A stretch of 64,000 nt of DNA. It comes from an uncultured Candidatus Saccharibacteria bacterium (GTDB lineage Bacteria; Patescibacteriota; Saccharimonadia; Saccharimonadales; JAGQNJ01). Under the pieces are notes generated by a model that did no database searches, was not told the origin of the DNA, and was given only the letters and a program-made list of their open reading frames with translations. The first letter of the stretch is position 1, and every line of letters starts with the position of its first letter. The stretch is taken from the NCBI GenBank assembly GCA_964577565.1, contig CAZNZL010000001.1:270566-334565 (forward strand), in the 5' to 3' direction. The translations under genes were made by a program, and so were the position numbers. Of the stretch, positions 53,847 through 64,000 are shown one piece after another.

Positions 53847-54158
53847 CGTGCGTGCCCTCGTCAGATTAAGTTGGTGACCATACCTATAATTTGACAATCA
53901 AGTAGTCAAATTATGCCATGGCCACATTCTTTGCTTCCTTTTCCTAGCCCATCTTACGATAAGCTGGGAGCCCTAAGAAACGGGTGGGCACAAACCAAAA
54001 CAAAATATAAAAGAAGGTGGCATATGCCAGCTTCTTTTATATTTCGTGCGTGCCCACCCGGCGGCGGGTGGTTTTTGGTAAAGTGTTTGTTTCACGCGCC
54101 GCGTTATATCGACGCACGAATCACTTATGTTTATAATACTTATGTTTTATTAAGTCAA

Positions 54159-54803
54159 CTATTCGTCATATAATTTCTGCAAAGTTTTGAATGAATCTTC
54201 ATAAATATCCAAAATCTGTTGTGGTGGTTGCACCTTAAGTCGCGACTTCATTTTTTCACGCTGGCGATGCGCCCATTGTGCCACATCGTGCTTGGTGTGA
54301 ATATTCATTTTACGAGCATACTTTGCGCGGTGCTGATGGTGCGTCCAGGTTGTAGATGCTTTATCAAGTACAAACACCGTGGATGCCTCTGAAGTATCAA
54401 GTTTTTCATATTTGTATAAAGCATCTTTGATTTCTGGGTAGCTAGCAAATAACTTGTCAAACTGTTTTAATGCCTCTTTTTCTTTTGCTTGCTTACACTT
54501 ATGTTGTTCTGCGGTGTAATGAAGCGTAACTTCATCGCCTGTAATAATTTCTAGTAAGTCATGACATAGTGCAAAAAGTATCACTAAATTGGCATCGAGC
54601 TCGGGACATTCCGATACCACAATATGATACGCAATAAGTGCTAGTGAGAAGCTGTGGTGAGAATCTGGCTCATTATCATGATTAGGCAGCATTGTTGCTC
54701 GCTTTATAATGCCCATCTCGGCTAAAAGATCTGATAGTTTAATTATTTCTGTTATATTCATCTCTCTTGCTACCTTGTTGAGTAAATTTATGTCTATGAA
54801 CAC
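54159..54803 (-). CDS. HD-domain phosphohydrolase (YfbR-like)
   Basis: H...HSFSLALIA...CHDLLEIITGD (an HD motif pattern). Confidence 0.7.
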   Translation of the reverse strand: MFIDINLLNKVAREMNITEIIKLSDLLAEMGIIKRATMLPNHDNEPDSHHSFSLALIAYHIVVSECPELDANLVILFALCHDLLEIITGDEVTLHYTAEQHKCKQAKEKEALKQFDKLFASYPEIKDALYKYEKLDTSEASTVFVLDKASTTWTHHQHRAKYARKMNIHTKHDVAQWAHRQREKMKSRLKVQPPQQILDIYEDSFKTLQKLYDE

Positions 54804-54808
54804 AGGAT

Positions 54809-57755
<2,947 letters not shown>

Positions 57756-57756
<1 letters not shown>

Positions 57757-58634
57757 TATACGGTATCTCCCATTGCTTGCAGACGCTTTATACGGTCATC
57801 AATAGGCGGGTGGGTACTAAACAAACTTGCCAAGCTGGCCTTTTTTAGTGGATTGGCAAAAAAGAGGTGCGCCGTTGAAGAGTTTTGGCGCTTCATTACA
57901 CTGCCGTGATCACGGATTTTTGCAAGTGCGCTGGCCAAACCATCAGGATAACGTGTTGTGAGGGCTCCGGTAGCGTCAGCTAAATACTCACGTTTTCTTG
58001 AAATCGCCATTTGAATTAAGGCCGCCAGAAAAGGTGCCAATATAGCGGCAACTAGCCCGAGTACAGCCACCATCTGACCCATACTGCTATCATCATCATT
58101 ATCACGAAAAAAGCTAGCGCGTAACATAATATCAGATAATAACCCCACTACTGCCACCATGGCAAAAGCAATCATCGTAACCCTAATATCATAATTTTTA
58201 ACGTGGCCAAGCTCATGCGCCATTACTCCTTCAAGCTCGTTATCGTTCATGATATCGAGCAAACCGGTTGTAGCCGCAACCGAAGCATGTTTTGGATCAC
58301 GACCGGTTGCAAAGGCATTAGGCGCTGGATCATTCATAATATACACCTTCGGCATCGGTAAACCTTCTGTAATCGCAAGGTTTTCAACAATACGATACAA
58401 GCGCGGGTTATCACGTTTCTGAATAGGTCGAGCCCCGTTAACCGACAACGCAAGGCGCGCACTAGTAAAGTAGCTTATTGCAATATAGATAAGCGCACCA
58501 ATCAAAACATAAACCGTAATGTACTGGTTACCCATATACTGACCAAACAACCAACCAAGGCTGGCAACTAATAGTACAAATAGACCCATAATCAAAATGG
58601 TCTTTCGTTTATTAGACGCTATTTGGCTATACAT
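57756..58634 (-). CDS. htpX: zinc metalloprotease HtpX
   Basis: HELGHV zinc motif in a four-TM M48 peptidase layout. Confidence 0.9.
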
Positions 58635-58656
58635 TTAGGCGCCCCGCAACTTTCAA

Positions 58657-59217
58657 TTACGCTTCAAAGGATACATCGGTTGGTTTTTCAATAGTAACTC
58701 GTTCGGCTTCTTCAACTTCGTAAAAGTCACGATCTTTAAAATTAAACATTTTGGCTAGAATGTTTGTAGGAAATACCTGGGTTTTACCGTTATAATCACG
58801 TACCGCGCCGTTATAAAAACGACGGGCTGCCTGAATTTTGTCTTCTGTATCAACCAGTTCATCTTGTAGTTGCTTAAAGTTCTCGTTAGCCTTTAAGTCT
58901 GGGTAGGCTTCGGCAACGGCAAATAAGCTTTTTAGCGCCCCTTCAAACATATTGTCTGCTTTGGCAGTTTCTTGAACCCCCTGAGCGTTCATAACAGCAG
59001 TACGGGCTTTGGTGACTTCTTCAAACACTTTTTTTTCGTGCTTTGCGTAACCCTTAACCGTATTAACAAGGTTTGGTATCAAATCGCTCCGGCGTTTTAA
59101 TTGGACAGTGATATCGCTCCATGCCTCATCAACCCGCAGTTTAGCACGGATTAATCCATTGTAGATAAGCACAATAAGTACAATTAAAATTGCAACTATT
59201 ATTAACGCTATTACCAT
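58657..59217 (-). CDS. lemA: LemA-family protein
   Basis: N-terminal TM helix, YNGLIRAK...W.DI.VQLKRR.DLIPNLV is typical of LemA. Confidence 0.9.
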   Translation of the reverse strand: MVIALIIVAILIVLIVLIYNGLIRAKLRVDEAWSDITVQLKRRSDLIPNLVNTVKGYAKHEKKVFEEVTKARTAVMNAQGVQETAKADNMFEGALKSLFAVAEAYPDLKANENFKQLQDELVDTEDKIQAARRFYNGAVRDYNGKTQVFPTNILAKMFNFKDRDFYEVEEAERVTIEKPTDVSFEA

Positions 59218-59318
59218 TGCCCAACTCCTTATTTACTAGCTATATTATAACCCAGGCGGCTCTTAAAAACAGCAAAAATTACATTATCTGTTATATACTA
59301 TTGGTGGTATTCGTAAAC

Positions 59319-60980
59319 ATGAAAAATAAAAAACTCGTACTTGTTGCCATAGCTGCAGTCTCGGTTCTTAGCTGTGTAAGCATGCGCTTCTTGCAACATC
59401 ACCCGACAAATCCTACCCAGCCTACCCCGCCTGAATTAAGCCATCCTACAACGAACAACGCTGTAGCGCCACATATTGCACAAACTGCCACCGTAACAGC
59501 CAGTCCGAACAGCAAACCAATAATTAACAAAGATAAACATAACTCAACCTTATTAAAAAGCGCACCCTATGCTTTGAATCTACCCTATTACCTACTAGAA
59601 ACTGTAACCGATCCGCTGTATAACCAAAATTGGGCTCATACCCAAGTCCAGGCTGAAAGAGGTTGGGATTTAAGCACTGGTGCGAGCGCTGTTACGGTTG
59701 CGGTTATAGACAGTGGTTTTGTGCTTGATCATGAAGATCTAATAGATAGGTGGTATCAAAATATTCAAGAACAAGGCGTAACTCAAGCTGGTGATATTTG
59801 CTGGACGGGCGTGTCAGAAGCTAAACAAACGAATAATTGCGACGACGATGAAAACGGCTATGTAGATGATTGGCAAGGTTATGATTTTTTTAACGCCGAC
59901 AACGACCCAACCGCCGGCCACGACAACCCGAATGGTTCTGGGGTGTTTCACGGCACGATGGTTGCAGGTGTTATTGCAGCCACAGCCAATAATAACGCTG
60001 GCTCTGCCGGAATCGACCAACAAGCTAACGTCATGCCGCTTCAAGTTTTTAATGACGACGGCGAAGCTTATACTACCGATGTAGTCGCAGCTATCGAGTA
60101 CGCCACACTTAATGGCGCTCGTGTGATAAATCTTAGCTTGGGCACAAATGCCCTTGACCCTTTATTGTTAACTGCTATTCAAAATGCACGCGCAGAAGGG
60201 GTGACAGTTGTGGCCGCTAGCGGCAACTGTGCCACCAATGATCAGGTATTTTGTAACAACTTAACTGCGCCAGGACGTATGACGTATCCGGCAATTCATT
60301 CTGAAGTTATTGCGGTTGGCGCAACAAACCTGGCAGGTAACCGAGCATCATTTTCAAGCTATGGTTCCGAGCTAGACCTCGTGGCACCGGGTCAGTCTGT
60401 TGGCCCCTTGCCCACGTATAGTATTAGTAATCCGACATCAAGTTACGCAAATGCGAGCGGTACCTCTTTTGCTGCTCCGTTAGTAAGCGGTATTACTACG
60501 CTTTTATATGCACTACACCCCGACATAACGCCTGATGAGGCTGAATTTATACTAACCGAAAGCACAGATAAACTAAGCGGCATGTCGAATGAGCCGTTTT
60601 TAACCACCTATGGTTTTGGCCGAGTCAACGCCCACAAAGCTACCCTACTTGCACAAGCGCTGACTTCAAACACCGAACTCGTTGATAGTACATTGACCAA
60701 CCACTCACCAACCGCAAACATGTTTTGGCGAACAAGCGACGAATTTGTAGCAAATGATGAATGGATTTTAATAGGCTGTAAGGTAGTTGTTCCCGATGAA
60801 TGCTGGGCAAGTGCTCAAAAGTCGTCTCAGATTATACCGTTTGGACGAAGCCGACCCGGCAAAGCAGATGAAATACAGTATATTTTTATACCAGGCAGCG
60901 ACCTCCCTACAGGTAGCATAAATCTCAGTACTCACAACAAACATTTTGCAACAGGCCTTACCACACTAACAAAACAATAA
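59319..60980 (+). CDS. secreted subtilisin-like serine protease (peptidase S8)
   Basis: Catalytic triad blocks VAVIDSG (Asp), HGTMVAG (His), GTSFAAP (Ser). I prefer the start at MKNKKLVLVAIAAV (signal peptide). Confidence 0.88.
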   Translation: MKNKKLVLVAIAAVSVLSCVSMRFLQHHPTNPTQPTPPELSHPTTNNAVAPHIAQTATVTASPNSKPIINKDKHNSTLLKSAPYALNLPYYLLETVTDPLYNQNWAHTQVQAERGWDLSTGASAVTVAVIDSGFVLDHEDLIDRWYQNIQEQGVTQAGDICWTGVSEAKQTNNCDDDENGYVDDWQGYDFFNADNDPTAGHDNPNGSGVFHGTMVAGVIAATANNNAGSAGIDQQANVMPLQVFNDDGEAYTTDVVAAIEYATLNGARVINLSLGTNALDPLLLTAIQNARAEGVTVVAASGNCATNDQVFCNNLTAPGRMTYPAIHSEVIAVGATNLAGNRASFSSYGSELDLVAPGQSVGPLPTYSISNPTSSYANASGTSFAAPLVSGITTLLYALHPDITPDEAEFILTESTDKLSGMSNEPFLTTYGFGRVNAHKATLLAQALTSNTELVDSTLTNHSPTANMFWRTSDEFVANDEWILIGCKVVVPDECWASAQKSSQIIPFGRSRPGKADEIQYIFIPGSDLPTGSINLSTHNKHFATGLTTLTKQ

Positions 60981-60981
60981 A

Positions 60982-61067
60982 TGGTGGGCGGAGAGGGACT
61001 CGAACCCTCACGGCTATAAGCCACGTGATTTTAAGTCACGACTGTCTACCAGTTCCAGCATCCGCCC
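60982..61067 (-). tRNA. tRNA-Leu (anticodon UAA)
   Basis: Minus strand: GGGCGGA...CU-UAA-AA anticodon loop, long variable arm, GGTTCGAGTCC T arm, encoded ACCA. Confidence 0.9.
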
Positions 61068-61141
61068 TGGAGGCACGGACGGGATTCGCACCCGTGTACA
61101 GGGTTTTGCAGACCCTTGCCTAACTCCTCGGCCACCGCGCC
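61068..61141 (-). tRNA. tRNA-Cys (anticodon GCA)
   Basis: Minus strand: GGCGCGG...CU-GCA-AA anticodon loop, T arm GGTGCGAATCC, U73 discriminator, encoded CCA. Confidence 0.9.
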
Positions 61142-61280
61142 ATTAGTATATACTCTGTTATTCTATCAAAAAAACGGTAAAAGTGATGAATTTTGTAAGG
61201 TTTTTGTTTGGATAAAAAATACGAACCACCGATACATTTAGCTGTTAGCATTAAAACCGCTATAATATAGCAAAGCCAAT

Positions 61281-62993
61281 ATGAAGAACATCAAGCGTAA
61301 AATACGATCAGCAGTTAAGCTGGCTACAAAATTACCAGCCAAACCATTACATCGTCTTGTGTGGTTTATTCTTGTTTTTGGGGTAGTAGGTGGCACTGTA
61401 TTATTACTCCGCTCTGAAGCAGCCATTCTTTACGCCCCTAACCCGCCACACGCGGCTACTTGTGTAGAAAATTTACCGAGTAAAACGGTTGTAAGGCCAG
61501 GCGAAACATTTACGGCACGCGTTCGCATTCGTAACACTGGTAGTTCAACATTCAGTAAAAATTTTGGTGTAGCGTTATGGGAATACAGAGACGGAGGAAA
61601 CATATGGAATGCATCTGGTACGAGCTTAGGTAGCGACGTAGGACCCGGCGGTACAGCCACATTTAACTTAACCGTTAGAGCCCCTTCGCAACCCGGTAAC
61701 TATTCATTTAATTGGGGCGTCGGTATCGCCTTGAATGGCTATATAAGAAACCCCTGTACGGGCCGCTCTATACTCGTAACCCACCCACCTTCAGTATCAC
61801 TAACAGCTAATAATCAAACAGGTACCCTTAATCTGCTACGCGGTAATGGTCTAACGCTTAATTGGTCGGTTGCCAACAACCCCTCTAACTGTGTCGCCTC
61901 GGGTAGTTGGAGTGGCGGTAAGCCAGCCTCTGGCAGTGAGAACAGAACAGGCGACACAAATACTACGGGTACAAAAACCTACACGCTCGCTTGCGCTAAC
62001 GGGGCTGGATCTGATAGTGCCACCAGAACCGTTAATGTCAGCAGCCCCCCGTCATCACCGCGGCCGTCTTCTCCAAGCAGGCCTTCATCTCCATCTGGTG
62101 GCAGTACACCGAGCACACCCAGCGCTCCATCATCGCCATCTGAGCAGCCAGCTGCGCCAGTACCACCACCCACTCCTACATCTTTTAGCGCTACTGTCGA
62201 AGATGGTGTTGCGGTTCAGCTTACCTGGGACAAACCAAATTATTCCGGAATATTAAGAGGCTATGAACTCGAGCGCTCAACCGATAATCAAAACTGGCAA
62301 GCGCTCGGCTCAGATTTGATAACCGATGAATCTGTTACAGATTCTACGACTCAGTTCCAGACCACCTATTTCTATCGCATTCGTGCTATTGACCAAAGCG
62401 GTGAGAAGTCAGGCTATGCCGCTACTGAGGTTACCACGCCGCCTTTCGTGCCCAATACAGCCGCCGAAGGAACTACTTTTAACAGCGATGATGGACTTAT
62501 TTCTGTGTTTGTCCCGGGTGATGCACTGACAGAAGAGGCGTCGTGCTCTTTGCAAGGCAACTATGATGTTATACCACCATCTGAAAAAGACTTTGTAACC
62601 CTGGCCGGCCCGTTAGAAATGCTTTGTAAAACCGCTGCCGGTAATAAGATTACCCAGTTCAATAAACCGCTTCAGGTAACTGTTAGCGCGCCTAATGACA
62701 ATTATGGCGCTTTCGCGTACTTTGTCATGACCGAACAACAAGAGTGGCAAAAAATAGAAGGTGATTTTAACGATGGTAGAGGATCCTTCTCGCTTGAAAA
62801 TGCCACTATTTTTGCCGTACTTGGCAAGAAAAAGTCTATGCCGCTGTTCATAAAAGTTATGATCTTTTTAGTCGTCATTGGTGGTGTGGCGTTCGGTGGC
62901 CTACTGGCCGTTAATTTTTATGGCCGTTGGCGTCAAGCTAAAGCAATAGAAGAACGCAACGAAAACTATCACCGTCAAGAATTAGGCTTGTAG
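61281..62993 (+). CDS. cell-surface protein: Ig-like/NBR1-like N-domain, Pro/Ser linker, FN3-like domain, C-terminal TM anchor
   Basis: N-terminal signal/TM helix, SSPPSSPRPSSPSRPSSPSGGSTPSTPSAPSSPS linker, an FN3-like block (WDKPNYSGILRGYELERS...YFYRIRAID), and a hydrophobic helix near the C-terminus. Confidence 0.6.
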   Translation: MKNIKRKIRSAVKLATKLPAKPLHRLVWFILVFGVVGGTVLLLRSEAAILYAPNPPHAATCVENLPSKTVVRPGETFTARVRIRNTGSSTFSKNFGVALWEYRDGGNIWNASGTSLGSDVGPGGTATFNLTVRAPSQPGNYSFNWGVGIALNGYIRNPCTGRSILVTHPPSVSLTANNQTGTLNLLRGNGLTLNWSVANNPSNCVASGSWSGGKPASGSENRTGDTNTTGTKTYTLACANGAGSDSATRTVNVSSPPSSPRPSSPSRPSSPSGGSTPSTPSAPSSPSEQPAAPVPPPTPTSFSATVEDGVAVQLTWDKPNYSGILRGYELERSTDNQNWQALGSDLITDESVTDSTTQFQTTYFYRIRAIDQSGEKSGYAATEVTTPPFVPNTAAEGTTFNSDDGLISVFVPGDALTEEASCSLQGNYDVIPPSEKDFVTLAGPLEMLCKTAAGNKITQFNKPLQVTVSAPNDNYGAFAYFVMTEQQEWQKIEGDFNDGRGSFSLENATIFAVLGKKKSMPLFIKVMIFLVVIGGVAFGGLLAVNFYGRWRQAKAIEERNENYHRQELGL

Positions 62994-63047
62994 TTTTTAG
63001 GTAAATATTTTACTTACTTTTTTGTTAGATTCGTGTAGTTTTTAGCT

Positions 63048-63338
63048 ATGAGCCTAGAAGAAAGCTTGGAAAACATTGATAGCGAGAGATTATTCGAAGT
63101 GTATTTTAGTAAGGTTCCTATACCGGGTGAAAAATCCAGGCGGTTTGAGCCAGAAGTATTCATGAGGCTAAACGAGTTAGAGTCATTTGAAGGTTTGCAT
63201 CAACATTTAAAAGATGTTGGCATATGGCTGTTAGCTTTAATAGAAACGGGTGAAATCACCGAACATGAAGCGGCCTTCTATTGGATCGGCTCATATACAA
63301 CAGTTGCCGGGCTGGTTGATTATGCTAGGCAGGCGTGA
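63048..63338 (+). CDS. hypothetical protein
   Basis: 96-aa ORF with no motif. Confidence 0.4.
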   Translation: MSLEESLENIDSERLFEVYFSKVPIPGEKSRRFEPEVFMRLNELESFEGLHQHLKDVGIWLLALIETGEITEHEAAFYWIGSYTTVAGLVDYARQA

Positions 63339-63339
63339 C

Positions 63340-63642
63340 CTAACTGCCCGCAAAGGGTGAGCCAAAGACGCCAACAGCAAGCTCTGCCCAAACGAGCATA
63401 AATATGCCGAGTACAAACAACATATAAAACAGCCTTTTGTGCTTGTCGACGTTTTGATTGATTTGACTAAGCGCAAAACCAGTACTAAAAAGCAGCACAC
63501 CCATAATAATAAAATCGTACAGATCCCAGTTTACTTCACTCGTAAATTGCATCGCTATCAGTGGAATCATGAGTAACACTGTAGTTCCAGCTGCTACCGC
63601 TTTGATATTGCCTTTTTGAGATGCTTTTTGCTTTTCTTTCAT
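63340..63642 (-). CDS. small membrane protein, hypothetical
   Basis: 100 aa with three hydrophobic helices. Immediately downstream of the HTH gene. Confidence 0.5.
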   Translation of the reverse strand: MKEKQKASQKGNIKAVAAGTTVLLMIPLIAMQFTSEVNWDLYDFIIMGVLLFSTGFALSQINQNVDKHKRLFYMLFVLGIFMLVWAELAVGVFGSPFAGS

Positions 63643-63644
63643 AA

Positions 63645-63866
63645 TTATTCCCCTTCATTAGATTCGCTACGATATTCTAAAATATCACCCGGTTGGCAGT
63701 TTAAGGCCTCGCAAATTTTTTCTAACGTAGAGAAACGAATTGCTTTAGCTTTGCCATTTTTCAAAATCGAAAGATTTGCCATGGTGATACCAACCTTTTC
63801 TGTCAGCTCGGTTACGCTCATCTTACGCTTAGCAAGCATCACATCTAGATTAACTACAATAGCCAT
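63645..63866 (-). CDS. XRE/Cro-C1 family helix-turn-helix regulator (YozG-like)
   Basis: LDVMLAKRKMSVTELTEKVGITMANLSILKNGKAKAIRFSTLEKICEALNCQPGDILEY. Confidence 0.85.
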   Translation of the reverse strand: MAIVVNLDVMLAKRKMSVTELTEKVGITMANLSILKNGKAKAIRFSTLEKICEALNCQPGDILEYRSESNEGE

Positions 63867-63876
63867 GCGATTGCTC

Positions 63877-64000
63877 CTAAACTGTCAAATCATTCTCTGA
63901 TTTTAATGAAGCGGCGCTTGCTATAAGATCCTGCAACACACCAGCAAATATACCCACTGCTATTGGTAGCATGGTCCATAGTCCGCCAAAAATTATCAAT
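63877..64000 (-). CDS. C-terminal end of a membrane protein (DUF2975-like), partial at window edge
   Basis: Own translation: ...LIIFGGLWTMLPIAVGIFAGVLQDLIASAASLKSENDLTV*. A DUF2975 gene followed by a small HTH regulator is a common gene pair. Confidence 0.4.
   Translation of the reverse strand, partial: LIIFGGLWTMLPIAVGIFAGVLQDLIASAASLKSENDLTV

Overview
This is a 64 kb window from a gene-dense, compact bacterial chromosome. Most genes are on the minus strand and many start/stop codons overlap. Gene content looks like a reduced-genome Patescibacteria/CPR organism, possibly Saccharibacteria-like. That is inference only, since no search was possible.

Recognisable housekeeping genes:
- Central metabolism and redox: rpiB (partial), gap, ppa, trxB, a glutaredoxin-like protein, type II NADH dehydrogenase.
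- Translation and RNA: pheS, pheT, leuS, rpsP, rpmF, trmD, a KH-domain protein, rnc, nusB.
- DNA: ligA, rarA, rmuC, 3-methyladenine glycosylase.
- Cell wall: ddl, murF, class IV aminotransferase.
- Membrane and stress: htpX, lemA, corA, ZIP transporter, several ABC transporters.
- Five tRNAs: Gln, Ala, Leu, Cys, plus one tRNA 3' fragment.

Main finding: four copies of a modular, self-contained cassette framework on the minus strand. Two lie at 21185-22999 and two at 8567-9698. Each copy has:
- its own sigma70-like promoter, placed right after the stop codon of a host gene;
- a leader hairpin with a conserved UUGAGY motif;
- an 11-14 bp long-range bracket stem enclosing a G+C-rich cargo. The bracket sequence differs between copies but stays complementary within each copy.

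In the 21-23 kb pair, each bracket is followed after exactly 2 nt by a textbook type III hammerhead ribozyme (21185-21237 and 22096-22149). The cargos are two unrelated hypothetical ORFs, a 41-aa CxxCxGxG mini-protein, and a 600-nt GC-rich segment with no convincing ORF.

I cannot name a described system with this architecture. This is a manual reading of the sequence, and all homology statements rest on recognising motifs by eye.

Other points worth a second look:
- a Nudix domain inserted in LeuRS;
- a poly-G frameshifted Nudix gene;
- a tRNA-Gln-flanked islet;
- a NOX-like/cytochrome b5 pair;
- pheS and pheT separated by seven small genes.
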